A stretch of DNA of 64,000 bases from Deltaproteobacteria bacterium CG11_big_fil_rev_8_21_14_0_20_45_16 (GTDB lineage: Bacteria > Bdellovibrionota > UBA2394), in the NCBI GenBank assembly GCA_002787535.1, contig PCXB01000050.1:8205-72204 (forward strand). Direction: 5' to 3'. Numbering within the stretch: position 1 is the first letter of the stretch; each line of letters starts with the position of its first letter. The notes beneath the pieces were generated by a model, which ran no database searches, was not told the origin of the DNA, and was given only the letters and a program-made list of their open reading frames with translations. Shown piece after piece: positions 16,410 to 26,673 of the stretch. The translations under genes and the position numbers were made by a program.

Positions 16410-18902
16410 GTGCTAACTCTCTTGGGCGTGCGAACGACGGCTTATCTAATAGTATGGATGCTGAGCTTGGGCTTTGGGACCTGCTTGGCGCAAACATCTT
16501 CAGGCCTTGCGGCAGGATTAGAAATTTCACAAATCTTGACCGACCCGGGTCAGACGGCCGCTGCTTTGAGAGATCCTCGACAACTTGAATTTGTCGCCAA
16601 ACGTTTGGATAGCTATCTCGAGGAAGCAAAAAAGAATATTAATTTTAGCGATATTCGAGACGTTGTGGAGTCGTGGGATGAGTCCTACCGAGATCAATTT
16701 TTTAAATCCCAAGCGATTGATAGTTTTACATGGGAAAAATTCGAATCGAAATTCTCGGGTCTGGATCCGGAAGCTCTAAGCGTAGTAGAAAAGGCGCTTA
16801 TCATTCATGCGGCAAGCATGTTGCAGTTGGGCGAGTTCCGAAATCGAATGGATACCGAATCGATTGATCGACAGCAGAAGTTTCAGGAGTCTCTAGAATC
16901 CAGCCCAGATCGAATTATTCAGAGTTTGCAAACCGACTCGACTTATTTTTGGTCCTCTCTTGAGCGGGTTACCACATTCATGAGTCGGGCTCAGGCTGCT
17001 AAGGGCTCCAATGATCTGAATCGAATTTATAGAAATAATCCTGAGAAGTTTGCTGCCTTTGAAATAGAGTGGAAATGGTTTCAGGCTTGGCAGGCAAAAA
17101 GTGAATTAGATAAGAATCTTTTTCAATCAGAACTAAATCCACGTCGAATGGCCTTTTTAGTTTCTCTTTCTTCCGCTCAGACGGGCCAGGGGGGTTATAG
17201 CTGGGGCGAGGCAGATTATAAAATTCTGAGTGATGCCTTCGTTGGAGACTCTGATCGAAGGTTCGGGGTTTTGGATCCGAACTCGCAGGAGATGATTTAT
17301 CAAAATACCTTTCCCTATGCGCGAACCGAGTATGATCGCTTGTATCGGGAAGATCGAGAGGATCTAACTCGGTACTTGCCCTTAAATACAGATATCACTC
17401 AGGGCGAGGGGTCTGTTACCCGGCCGCTTACGTTTTGGGGCGCACATTTTTTAATGCGAAGAGCGACGAGAGGATCTCGATTGCCGCAAGCAATGTCCCT
17501 ACCGTCGGCACGTTATCAATCAGCCATGCGAAATTTTTGGCCGCATGGATTGAGTGAACAAAAATTAGCGAATCTGCTTAAGATTACGGATAAGGCGGAA
17601 CTTAAGAGAGCGCTTGGTGCGGCTGTCCCCAATGCCCGTCCTGAGTTTTATTCCAATTTTTGGCAGGAATGGCATACGCAGCAAAGTATTCAGAATGCTC
17701 GGGCGAAGATTGAAAGGGCCTACGGTCCAGTTGAAGCTCAAAAATTTGATAAATGGGTAAATGATAATAAGCTGGCGGGTAACGCTGCCTTGCATGACAA
17801 AATGGCGGCACTTTGCAAGCCATCTTTTGCCGCTATAGCGGAAGGTGGAATGAGCTTGAGAAATGCTGGCAATTTAAATCGTGGAGATTTAGTGCGACGT
17901 GGATTTAATGATTCTCTTCCATCGGCGAGAGCGCAGGCTAAAGATTTTGCCGCTGAAAATTTGCCCAGAAATCTTGTAACGCGAGCAACTGGTGGACTTC
18001 CTTTTAGTAGATATCGGCGAGCGCGTAGCGCTGTCCGTAAAATTGGGCCCGGGCACGTGTCCTCTAGCAACCCTATTCTCGAAGCCTTTCCTTCGAGTGC
18101 TAGGTTAGATGAAGTGGGCAATGGCGCGCTTTATAGGCATATGATTCGGCAGTCTTTTTTGGAGAGAATTTTGAAATCAGCGACGGACGCGCTTTTTTGG
18201 GCGGCTCTGTCGGACACGGTATCAGATGGCTTATTGGTAGGTACGGATCTTCTGAAGTCGGCGCCTGAAATTAATGAAGGAGGTTTTGAACCCAGCAATC
18301 CCGATTCTTATAAAATCGAAGACTTTGATCCTGAGGTCTGGAAACAAGCCGTTGGAGATTTGAAAGTCCTTGAAGATTTGAAGGCGATGGTCTCCGCTCC
18401 TTTATTTGATCAGCTAAGGCAAATGGAAGTGGAGATGAACGAAGTTCGAAAATCTAAAGATCTTCCAGCCATTGAATTTGTTTTAAGTCCTGAGTCGGTA
18501 AGCGCTTTAGTCGACGAAGCAGGTGTTGCTCGAGGGCTGCCACTTGTGACAGGCAGATTTCCTTCGGTTTATGTTTTGATGAAAGTTAAGGAAAATCCTT
18601 CGGATCGTGAATTGAGAATTAAGCATATTCATGAAGGAATAATGATTCAAATGCAAATGCATTGGGATCCACCCGAGGCCGCACATATTGGAGATGCAAA
18701 GTCTGTTTACTGGCTACCAAAAGCCGCCACCAATATGATCGATCCAAGTCAGATTTATCAGAAAAAAGTGGCGCGCTCGATAAGTTCGAGTGATACGACC
18801 TACCCATTGTCTTCTGATCCCAATCAGTCGGGCGTTTGGATCAATCCAGAGTTCGCTAAAGATCTTTTTTATCGAAGCAATTCCAATATTTTTAACCGAT
18901 AA
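16410..18902 (+). CDS. Large hypothetical secreted protein
   Basis: 830 aa with an N-terminal signal peptide (…YLIVWMLSLGFGTCLAQTSSG) and no recognisable catalytic motifs. Confidence 0.55.
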   Translation: MLTLLGVRTTAYLIVWMLSLGFGTCLAQTSSGLAAGLEISQILTDPGQTAAALRDPRQLEFVAKRLDSYLEEAKKNINFSDIRDVVESWDESYRDQFFKSQAIDSFTWEKFESKFSGLDPEALSVVEKALIIHAASMLQLGEFRNRMDTESIDRQQKFQESLESSPDRIIQSLQTDSTYFWSSLERVTTFMSRAQAAKGSNDLNRIYRNNPEKFAAFEIEWKWFQAWQAKSELDKNLFQSELNPRRMAFLVSLSSAQTGQGGYSWGEADYKILSDAFVGDSDRRFGVLDPNSQEMIYQNTFPYARTEYDRLYREDREDLTRYLPLNTDITQGEGSVTRPLTFWGAHFLMRRATRGSRLPQAMSLPSARYQSAMRNFWPHGLSEQKLANLLKITDKAELKRALGAAVPNARPEFYSNFWQEWHTQQSIQNARAKIERAYGPVEAQKFDKWVNDNKLAGNAALHDKMAALCKPSFAAIAEGGMSLRNAGNLNRGDLVRRGFNDSLPSARAQAKDFAAENLPRNLVTRATGGLPFSRYRRARSAVRKIGPGHVSSSNPILEAFPSSARLDEVGNGALYRHMIRQSFLERILKSATDALFWAALSDTVSDGLLVGTDLLKSAPEINEGGFEPSNPDSYKIEDFDPEVWKQAVGDLKVLEDLKAMVSAPLFDQLRQMEVEMNEVRKSKDLPAIEFVLSPESVSALVDEAGVARGLPLVTGRFPSVYVLMKVKENPSDRELRIKHIHEGIMIQMQMHWDPPEAAHIGDAKSVYWLPKAATNMIDPSQIYQKKVARSISSSDTTYPLSSDPNQSGVWINPEFAKDLFYRSNSNIFNR

Positions 18903-18941
18903 GACAAGTGTTGGGAGAATTTTTACCCAGCTCATACCGAA

Positions 18942-19439
18942 TTATTCCATGGCGGCCCATGTGTCGATCAGGGCTTTTTGTTCGGACGACCAAGCCGCGA
19001 AGGAATTATGGCCCTCGTCTTTTCTGTTTTTGAGAGTGTCGCTCCCGTTGGTTGTGAAGCTGCTCACTTCCGAAACGGTCCGTCGATAGCGCGCCCACTG
19101 CCAAGAATTGTCGCTGCTATCTGGATCAACCTGAAAAAATGTTTGCTCGTTTGACGAGGCATCACCTGACAAATGGCAGCCCGAAATCGCGCAGCCTCCT
19201 TGGGGAAGAGAGTCCAATGCCATAATCGGAAATAAATTGTCGATAAAGTAAGCCTTCATGGCCACTTCTTGCTCGTCTCGTTGGATATCTCCAAGGGGCA
19301 GCTCGCTCGCTTTGCCAAAGTCGGTATCAATGTTGACATGACCATCGCCACAACCCACTAGAAGCCCCAGAGCCATAAGCGGCACGCCCGATTTTATCTT
19401 AATCTTCAATTTATTTAACGCTTCTAAGTATGGCATCAA
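18942..19439 (-). CDS. Hypothetical lipoprotein
   Basis: Lipobox LLVGC after the internal Met (MALGLLVGCGDG), so the likely true start is ~19376. The body contains GGCAISGCH. Confidence 0.5.
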   Translation of the reverse strand: MMPYLEALNKLKIKIKSGVPLMALGLLVGCGDGHVNIDTDFGKASELPLGDIQRDEQEVAMKAYFIDNLFPIMALDSLPQGGCAISGCHLSGDASSNEQTFFQVDPDSSDNSWQWARYRRTVSEVSSFTTNGSDTLKNRKDEGHNSFAAWSSEQKALIDTWAAME

Positions 19440-21123
19440 GTTCTGATTTTACCTCAGCTGTGCGCGGATCATTAGGAAATTTACGCAAAAAATCACCAAA
19501 AGCGTAGACAGCCTTCGTGATATCATCAGTACCTTGATAGCAAAGTGCTTCGGCCAAGATTCGGTCCGCCAGTTCAAGTTCGGTATGTGATTTGAACCAA
19601 GCGCAGGGCTTTTCAAGCCTTCCCATACGGATCAGAACAAATTGACGTTTGACTTCAATGGAGCTTTCGAACGAGTTGATATTGAGAGCTCGATCATAGG
19701 CCCTGAGGGCAGCTGGCCAATCCTTTACTTTTTCCGCATCCGTGCCTTTGTTGACCCAATACAAAAGGCTTCCCATCTCAGGTTTGGAAGAACGTGTTTC
19801 GTCAGTAGTGTTAGAAGAATTCTCAGGTATTTGAACTAATCCCGGTTGATCGATTAAAGATGTCCAGTTTTTGGAACCGAATTCATAGAACTTTGAACCA
19901 TACGGTGTTGTCCAAAGGTAGAAGCCAGAGCAAAGAACGAAAAGAAGACTTCCAAGTCCAATGCTGGAGCGTACAAATTTTTTATTTACTTTAGGATCAT
20001 ATAGAAGGCGCCGTAAAAGGCCGATTTCTGAATTTCGATTGGCAGCATGACGAATGCCCGGTGAAGAAGGGACGTTGACAAAGCGATCCAGAAGCAAATC
20101 AGTGTCGGCTCCGCCTGATACGAAAATATCCTTCCAGGATTCCTTACGAATTTCAGGTACTCTTAGATCGAAGTCTTCTCGAAACATCAAGCGAGTGACT
20201 TTGGCAACAGCTCGAGTGTCGGATCGAGGGTAGTATTTTTTCAAAAATGCTTGAATATCATCAGCCAATTCCCCGCAACTTCCATAGCGTGCACTCTTTT
20301 TAAGTTTAAGTGCCTTTAAAACGATTCGATCCAGCTCCTTGGGCAGTCCTTTCCGGATTTTACTTGGGGGGTTGACTTTAGCTTTACACACTCGCTCGAG
20401 AGTTTCGATTTCATCTTTGGTATAGAATAGACTTTTTGAACACAAAAGTTCATGAAACACAATTCCAAGACTGAAAACATCGCTCTGGCGATCCAGCTCC
20501 ATACCTTGGGCTTGTTCAGGGGACATATAGCAAAATTTTCCTTTGAGAATCCCAGATCGAGTGTTTTTGTTACTTACGGCGGTAACCGCCTTAGCAATTC
20601 CAAAGTCCAAGACTTTAGCTTCACCATTGTAACTGATCAAAATATTAGGCGGAGAAATATCGCGATGGACGATACTAACTTGATTTCCGAAGCCATCGTT
20701 AAAATGATGGGCGTAGTCTAAGCCTCGGCAACATTGCATAATGATCAAACAGGCGGCGTCGAGCGGGATATGAATCTTTTGTTCCACACTACGCTTGAGT
20801 AAGCTTCCAAGATCCTGACCAAACACATATTCCATCGCGAGATAGTAGGTGCCTTCATTGGCTCCAAAATCAATAACTCGAACGATATTATTATGTTTGA
20901 GAGCCAATGAAATTTTGGCTTCTTCCAAAAACATTTTTATAAAATCTTCATTTGCGGAATAATCAGGAAGAATTTTTTTGATGATAAGGCTGCGATTGCC
21001 GTTGGTGGAGGCGCGATATATCTTGGCCATTCCTCCTGAAGCCAAATGTTCAAGGAGATCATAGCGGCCAAATTTTTCTGGGGCCTCCCCAGAGTCAGAT
21101 CTCGATAGGGGTCGATCAGTCAA
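19411..21123 (-). CDS. Hanks-type Ser/Thr protein kinase with TM segment and C-terminal TPR-like extracytoplasmic domain
   Basis: Glycine loop plus Lys (GGMAKIYRA...IKKI), catalytic loop HRDISPPNIL and DFGIAK. A TM helix follows (LGSLLFVLCSGFYLW), then a helical repeat region. Confidence 0.85.
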   Translation of the reverse strand: MTDRPLSRSDSGEAPEKFGRYDLLEHLASGGMAKIYRASTNGNRSLIIKKILPDYSANEDFIKMFLEEAKISLALKHNNIVRVIDFGANEGTYYLAMEYVFGQDLGSLLKRSVEQKIHIPLDAACLIIMQCCRGLDYAHHFNDGFGNQVSIVHRDISPPNILISYNGEAKVLDFGIAKAVTAVSNKNTRSGILKGKFCYMSPEQAQGMELDRQSDVFSLGIVFHELLCSKSLFYTKDEIETLERVCKAKVNPPSKIRKGLPKELDRIVLKALKLKKSARYGSCGELADDIQAFLKKYYPRSDTRAVAKVTRLMFREDFDLRVPEIRKESWKDIFVSGGADTDLLLDRFVNVPSSPGIRHAANRNSEIGLLRRLLYDPKVNKKFVRSSIGLGSLLFVLCSGFYLWTTPYGSKFYEFGSKNWTSLIDQPGLVQIPENSSNTTDETRSSKPEMGSLLYWVNKGTDAEKVKDWPAALRAYDRALNINSFESSIEVKRQFVLIRMGRLEKPCAWFKSHTELELADRILAEALCYQGTDDITKAVYAFGDFLRKFPNDPRTAEVKSELDAILRSVK

Positions 21124-21195
21124 AAACGCACCTTCTCCAGTTCACCATTGTACTTCAAAATGGCTGCTTAGGGGCCGGAGGCATTATAAAATGAA

Positions 21196-21651
21196 TTATC
21201 TTTGGGGCTGTGGTGCGCTGCTTTTTAGATAGGTCTCAAGCTCTGCAATTAAATGGCTTTCGGCTTGCCTTCCCGAAGCTTCTTCTTTCCAGCTATGGCC
21301 ATCTTCTGAGCTTTGACGCTCGAAATGTGCTGTCAGAATCGAGCCTTGAATGTCTTCGTTGACGCGGATCGTGACTCTATGCCGCTCGGCCACAGAGTCA
21401 TCAACCCACTCCGTTACGATTAGACCTCGGGCACCATCCCGAATACTTAAATTGTAGGCCCGATAGTATTCAAGATATTGAATTGTTCGATTGAGCAAAT
21501 CCAATGGAGCCAGAGTAGACTGCATATAAGTTTTGAGTTCCTTATTTGCAAATTCTTCTTTGTTCTTTCCGGCACCGGAACAGCTCAACAAAAAAATTAC
21601 TGACAGTCCGATCCACAAAAAATATTGGCCTCTCATAGGCGTGTAATCCAA
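21196..21651 (-). CDS. Hypothetical lipoprotein
   Basis: 151 aa with a signal peptide and lipobox (LLSCSG). Overlaps the ilvE stop by 19 nt. Confidence 0.5.
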   Translation of the reverse strand: MDYTPMRGQYFLWIGLSVIFLLSCSGAGKNKEEFANKELKTYMQSTLAPLDLLNRTIQYLEYYRAYNLSIRDGARGLIVTEWVDDSVAERHRVTIRVNEDIQGSILTAHFERQSSEDGHSWKEEASGRQAESHLIAELETYLKSSAPQPQR

Positions 21652-22583
21652 TGAGAATATTTTTTATTATTATCACTCACAATATCGAAGTATCGTTTTT
21701 GAATATCGGTGGAAATGGAACCAGGCTTTCCTACGCCAATTTTTCGATTGTCGATTTCCGAAATGGGAGTGATTTCCGCAGCCGTCCCACAGAAGAAAAT
21801 TTCATCAGCGACATAGAGCTCATCTCTAGTCATTCGTCTCTCTGTTAGAGGGACTCCCATATCAGAAAGAATATTAACGACCGTATCACGCGTAATGCCT
21901 TCCAGGACAGTTTCCACAGAAGGCGTAATAACTTTGCCGCGCTTTACAACAAAAATATTTTCTCCTGAACCCTCTGCCACAAAACCTTCAGTGTCCAGCA
22001 GAAGGGCCTCATCGAAACCAAGCTTTTTGGCTTCAACCTTTGCAAAAACACTATTGATATAATTCCCAGTCAACTTGGCTTTGGTCATGGCAACATTGGG
22101 ATGATGGCGAGAAAAAGAAGAAATCTTTATCTTTGCGCCTTGCTCCGCCGCCGTATGACCTAAGTATTTACCCCAATCGGCAGCGACAATCGCGACGGTA
22201 AAAGGATGCGTTTCGGCATTGAATGCCACCCCCAAAGGACCGGCATCCAAAAATGCTATCGGGCGCAAGTAGCAGGCCCCCATTCCGGAGGCTCGCGCTG
22301 TATCACGACAAGCCGTCACTAATTCTTCGACACTATAGCGGATCGGAAGTCCCGCAATATGAAGCGATTGATTGAAGCGGGTCATATGATCATAGCAGCG
22401 ATAGATTCCGACGCTTCCATCCTGAAGTTTGTAGGCGCGAATACCTTCGAAGGCTCCTAAGCCATAGTGGAGGCTGTGAGCGGTCACATGAATGGTGGCG
22501 TCTTCGGTTGGGATTAACTTCCCATTCCACCAGGTTTGCTTTCCAAAATTAGACCCATAAGGCTTACGTTCGCTCATCAGCAC
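21633..22583 (-). CDS. ilvE: Branched-chain amino acid aminotransferase (class IV)
   Basis: 316 aa. The N-terminal ...WNGKLIPTEDATIHVTAHSLHYGLGAFEGIRAY... and overall fold pattern match BCAT. Confidence 0.85.
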   Translation of the reverse strand: MLMSERKPYGSNFGKQTWWNGKLIPTEDATIHVTAHSLHYGLGAFEGIRAYKLQDGSVGIYRCYDHMTRFNQSLHIAGLPIRYSVEELVTACRDTARASGMGACYLRPIAFLDAGPLGVAFNAETHPFTVAIVAADWGKYLGHTAAEQGAKIKISSFSRHHPNVAMTKAKLTGNYINSVFAKVEAKKLGFDEALLLDTEGFVAEGSGENIFVVKRGKVITPSVETVLEGITRDTVVNILSDMGVPLTERRMTRDELYVADEIFFCGTAAEITPISEIDNRKIGVGKPGSISTDIQKRYFDIVSDNNKKYSHWITRL

Positions 22584-22648
22584 CTCCTCGGTGAGTGTAT
22601 TCTAGGCCTAAAAATTGGGCATCTGACAAGCTATAAACTCCTTTTATA

Positions 22649-24097
22649 TTAGGCTTTCAGCTTCTCTTCCAAAATCTTCTTAAGAGTCTGAGGGTTTCCT
22701 TTGCCTTTAAGCTCCTTTTGAGACTGGCCCATAAAAAATCCAAAAAGCTTATCTTTGCCTGAGCGGAATTCAGCCAATTGGCTAGGATTGTCCTTCATGA
22801 CTTTTTCCACGATAGCAAGCAGGCTAGCTTCATCGCTTACTTGCGCAAGACCGCGTTCCTCAATAATACTTGCTGCGCCCCGCTTTTCTTGATGCATGAC
22901 TTCAAAAACTTCCTTGGCCATTCCCAAGGACAAGGCCCCCGACTTCACACGATTCAATAAGTCAGATAGAGCGGAAGGGTCCGGATAAAAATTTTCAAAT
23001 CCAGCTTCAGGATCTTGAATCAAAGCCAAGACATTGGTCTGAATAAAATTCGAGCTTAATTGAGCCTCTTTCGTAAATTCCACAACGCTTTCGAAATATT
23101 CCGATAGGGCCTTTGACGAAGTGAGAACTTCCGCATCGTAAGCCGATCTCTCATAGTGCGTGATAAAACGCTGCATTTTTTGGATGGGCAGTTCGGGTTG
23201 ATTTTTTTTAATTCTATCTAGCCGATCCGACGATAGAACAAGAGGAAATAAATCAGGTTCAGGCATATAACGGTAGTCGGCGGCTTCTTCTTTAGAGCGC
23301 ATACTAAGAGATTTATTTTCATCGGCATTCCAGAGTCGTGTCTCCTGGACGATGCTCTCGCCATCTTCCAAGGCCTGATATTGGCGAGTGGCTTCATACA
23401 CAATGGCTCGCTCAAGATTGCGGAAGCTATTAATGTTTTTAAGTTCCACCCGCGTCCCAAATTTCGGTGCTCCCCGAACGCGCAAACTCACATTGGCATC
23501 ACAACGAAGACTGCCTTCTTCCATATTGCCATCACAAACATCCAGATATCGAAGCACTCGACGTAAAGCCTTGAGATAAGCAGCGGCTTCTTCCGGAGAT
23601 CGCATTTCGGGCTCTGATACAATTTCGATAAGCGGAACGGATGATCGGTTAAGATCCACAAGGCTAATTCCGCGATCATCGAAGTGAAGATTCTTGCCCG
23701 CATCTTCTTCCATATGAATTCGAGTTAAGTTGATCTCTCGCGGTTTGTCGTCCAAATAAAACTCAACGCGCCCGCCTTCGGCATACGGTCGATCATATTG
23801 AGAAATTTGATAACCCTTCGGGAGGTCAGGATAAAAATAATGTTTTCGTGAAAACACAGAAGTTGGTTTGATCTCGCAGTGAAAAGCAAGAGCTGATCGA
23901 ATGGCCATATCGACAGCTTGCAAATTAATCACGGGAAGTGCGCCGGGCATTCCGGTGCATACCGTGGAAACGGCCGAGTTAGGTTCCGCGCCAAATATAT
24001 TGGAGGCAGGACTCATAAGCTTAGTTTCAGTTTTCAGTTGGGCATGAACTTCAAGCCCAATCACGAGTTCATATTTCTCCAAAATTTTCTCTAACAT
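22649..24097 (-). CDS. gatB: Asp-tRNA(Asn)/Glu-tRNA(Gln) amidotransferase subunit B
   Basis: 482 aa. The N-terminal YELVIGLEVHAQL... is the GatB signature. It is the last gene of a gatC-gatA-gatB unit. Confidence 0.9.
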   Translation of the reverse strand: MLEKILEKYELVIGLEVHAQLKTETKLMSPASNIFGAEPNSAVSTVCTGMPGALPVINLQAVDMAIRSALAFHCEIKPTSVFSRKHYFYPDLPKGYQISQYDRPYAEGGRVEFYLDDKPREINLTRIHMEEDAGKNLHFDDRGISLVDLNRSSVPLIEIVSEPEMRSPEEAAAYLKALRRVLRYLDVCDGNMEEGSLRCDANVSLRVRGAPKFGTRVELKNINSFRNLERAIVYEATRQYQALEDGESIVQETRLWNADENKSLSMRSKEEAADYRYMPEPDLFPLVLSSDRLDRIKKNQPELPIQKMQRFITHYERSAYDAEVLTSSKALSEYFESVVEFTKEAQLSSNFIQTNVLALIQDPEAGFENFYPDPSALSDLLNRVKSGALSLGMAKEVFEVMHQEKRGAASIIEERGLAQVSDEASLLAIVEKVMKDNPSQLAEFRSGKDKLFGFFMGQSQKELKGKGNPQTLKKILEEKLKA

Positions 24098-25533
24098 TCG
24101 ATCGCTCCAGATTCATAAAGTCCAAGGCGTTCGCAGGCCGCAGCGGCCGCTAAGATTTGATCTTCGGAGAAGGGGTTTCCAATCAATTGACCGCCAATGG
24201 GTAGGCCTAGTGCATCCTTGCCAATGGGGATCGAAACACCAGGCAAACCGGCAAGGTTAACAGTGACCGTAAATATATCCAAAAGATACATGGCCAAGGG
24301 ATCGTTAACTTTCTCTCCGATTTTAAAGGCAGTCGTTGGACAAGTCGGGCAAAAAATGAAATCCACTTTTTTAAAGGCATCCAAAAATTCTTTTTGAATC
24401 TTGGATCGAACAAGCTGCGCCTTGGAGTAATACGCATCGTAGTAACCAGAACTTAAGGCGAAAGTGCCGAGCATGATTCGCCGTTTGACCTCGGATCCAA
24501 AACCCTCGGAGCGAGACTGCATGATTAGATCTTTTAAGTTTTTAAAATCCTTGGCCCGATGGCCGTAGCGAATCCCATCATAGCGGGCTAGGTTGCTGGC
24601 GGCTTCGGCCGTGGCGACTACATAATAGACCGCGATACCATAGGGAAGATGCGGCATCGAAAGTTTTTCCACACTCGCCCCTTCGCGCTTTACCGCATCG
24701 ATAAAAGTTTGGCTGGCTTCCGCCACTTCTTTTTGCGTGCCTTGCATACTAAAAAATTCATCGGGAATGCCAATTTTCTTTCCTTTGAGGTTCGCACTTT
24801 TGATGGCCGCCACATAATCAGGGACGGGAATATTCATAGAGGTGGCATCGCGAGAATCTCGACCCGCAATGGATTGCATTATATACGCGCAATCCATGGC
24901 ATCATCTGCAAAAGGGCCAACCTGATCGAGCGAACTCGCAAAAGCAATCACGCCCGATCTCGAGACGCGTCCATAGGTCGTGCGCAATCCCGTGATTCCG
25001 CAAAAGGCTGCCGGTAATCGTATGCTCCCGCCCGTGTCTGTACCAAGCGAGGCCACGCATAAATCCGCACGGACGGCGGCAGCGGATCCTCCCGAACTTC
25101 CCCCTGCCGTTCGCTCCAGTTTGATGGGGTTTTTTACGGGGCCAAATGGCGTATTTTCGTTGCTCGATCCCATCGCAAATTCATCGCAATTACAGCGGCC
25201 TGGAAATATCGCACCATCTCTTTGGAGTCTCTCGGTAACCGTAGCTGAGCGCGGGGCTTTGTAAGATTTTAAAATCTTGGAAGAAGCATTGAGCTCTTTG
25301 CCTTGGATCGAAATAATATCTTTGACCCCGATAGGAATGCCTTCAAGAGATCTTTTTTCTGATTTTTGATCGAGAGCCTCCGCTTTTTGTAGGCAGTCTT
25401 CTTCAAAAACTTCGAGATAAGCATTGAGCTTCGGGTTTCGAATATGAATTCGCTTAAACAAAGCCTCGTAATATTCTTTAAATCCAATTTTTTTGGATCC
25501 AAAATCTTCTCGCAGTTTAGCTAATCTTCCCAT
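24091..25533 (-). CDS. gatA: Glu-tRNA(Gln) amidotransferase subunit A (amidase signature family)
   Basis: 480 aa with an amidase signature region (...GGSSGGSAAAVRADLCVASLGTDTGGSIRLPAAFCG...). Overlaps gatB by 7 nt. Confidence 0.9.
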   Translation of the reverse strand: MGRLAKLREDFGSKKIGFKEYYEALFKRIHIRNPKLNAYLEVFEEDCLQKAEALDQKSEKRSLEGIPIGVKDIISIQGKELNASSKILKSYKAPRSATVTERLQRDGAIFPGRCNCDEFAMGSSNENTPFGPVKNPIKLERTAGGSSGGSAAAVRADLCVASLGTDTGGSIRLPAAFCGITGLRTTYGRVSRSGVIAFASSLDQVGPFADDAMDCAYIMQSIAGRDSRDATSMNIPVPDYVAAIKSANLKGKKIGIPDEFFSMQGTQKEVAEASQTFIDAVKREGASVEKLSMPHLPYGIAVYYVVATAEAASNLARYDGIRYGHRAKDFKNLKDLIMQSRSEGFGSEVKRRIMLGTFALSSGYYDAYYSKAQLVRSKIQKEFLDAFKKVDFIFCPTCPTTAFKIGEKVNDPLAMYLLDIFTVTVNLAGLPGVSIPIGKDALGLPIGGQLIGNPFSEDQILAAAAACERLGLYESGAIEC

Positions 25534-25543
25534 TTATCTCGGC

Positions 25544-25897
25544 CTATCTATCAATGATGGAGGGGACTTCAAAAAGAAGTTGATTCGGTAGCCCGCTTGA
25601 GCGCGGGGCATTCATTAAAGCTTCCTCATTGCTAAGTATAAGTTTTTCAAAATCCGGGGAACTATCCTTCTCGTTTCGTAAGCTTTCGAGGGGGTCAATT
25701 TTGAACATTTCATAAAAAGCCGTCTGAACATGAAAGGCGCCCATAGTCTTAGCCTCATCGGCACTCATCGGGATCTTTTGTAATTGATCGACGTAATCCA
25801 AGATTTGCGCGAACTGAGCGCTGAAATTCTTTTTCTCTGTATCGTTTAGCTTTAGATAAGCGAGGCTCGCCACTTTATCGACATCAAATTCTGCCAT
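25544..25897 (-). CDS. gatC: Glu-tRNA(Gln) amidotransferase subunit C
   Basis: 117 aa. ...VASLAYLKLNDTEKKNFSAQFAQILDYVDQL... matches GatC. Lies immediately upstream of gatA. Confidence 0.8.
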   Translation of the reverse strand: MAEFDVDKVASLAYLKLNDTEKKNFSAQFAQILDYVDQLQKIPMSADEAKTMGAFHVQTAFYEMFKIDPLESLRNEKDSSPDFEKLILSNEEALMNAPRSSGLPNQLLFEVPSIIDR

Positions 25898-26185
25898 AAG
25901 CGGCTACCTTATAATGTCATATGCGTTTGAATCAAGAAGGCTGGCGATAGAGGGGCAATATATTATGTTAATATGTCTGAGCTTTCTAAGCCCATTAGGA
26001 TCTAGATATCCCTTTGGCTTCAAATTCCAATTTTTGTCGGGCGAGCTGGACCCCTCTGCAGATCTTATAGGGTCGAGGTCCTAAGTGAGGAAAATCAAAG
26101 GTGGTTTTAATAGCATGGCAATTGCAAAACTAAAAATCAGCACTCGTAGTAGTGAATCTGCACACAGGATCCAAGGAGTTACAAG

Positions 26186-26290
26186 ATGCTAAAGCAAATT
26201 TCTTTCAAACATTTAAGCTACCTTATGATATTCGCGGCCTCGGCACTTCTGCCTGGCTGTAAGAACAGGATCCTATCTGGCGATTATTGA
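26186..26290 (+). CDS. Lipoprotein signal-peptide-only ORF (34 aa), probably the 5' part of a frameshifted gene
   Basis: Strong SD (aaggag, 7 nt upstream) followed by ATG. The product MLKQISFKHLSYLMIFAASALLPGCKNRILSGDY has lipobox LLPGC. Its stop overlaps the start of the following ORF, which is in another frame. Confidence 0.4.
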   Translation: MLKQISFKHLSYLMIFAASALLPGCKNRILSGDY

Positions 26291-26673
26291 TTCCGCAGTA
26301 TGCGCGCTTTTGTGATGTCTTTCCTGCAGAGGGTTTAGAATTCAATGATGTTGGTGAAAATTTAAATAACTTAGATTCGCTCAACCCACGTCAGCAAGTC
26401 GAGGTACTTAATCAGCTCCAAGGTGCTTCAGTAGAAGACGCTTGTGGGCAGCTTCACGAATTATTAAATGGCAATAACTGTGTAAGCGTTGAAGACTTAT
26501 GTAATGCAAATCCTGAGGATTGTCAGGATCCAAGTGAGCTTCGAAGAGCCTTAGCGAAATGTGGCGTTGAAGACTGTGCCGATTGTGAAAGTTGCCAATC
26601 TCAAGCTTTAGGAAATGTATCAAGCCTCGAGGCTTGTTCTGCTGGCGAGGCCGAGTTTGAAGGCGATTTTTAA
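26287..26673 (+). CDS. Acidic cysteine-rich protein, likely the mature part of the frameshifted lipoprotein
   Basis: 128 aa with 10 Cys and many Asp/Glu (…EDCADCESCQSQ…). It has a TTG start and no RBS of its own. Its frame is open from 26263, overlapping the upstream signal-peptide ORF. Confidence 0.45.
   Translation: MIPQYARFCDVFPAEGLEFNDVGENLNNLDSLNPRQQVEVLNQLQGASVEDACGQLHELLNGNNCVSVEDLCNANPEDCQDPSELRRALAKCGVEDCADCESCQSQALGNVSSLEACSAGEAEFEGDF

Noticed and set aside
18942-19439. C-x4-CH segment (CAISGCH) in a lipoprotein as a heme c-binding site
   Set aside because: It is not the canonical CxxCH, has no second motif and no cytochrome context. Evidence is insufficient.
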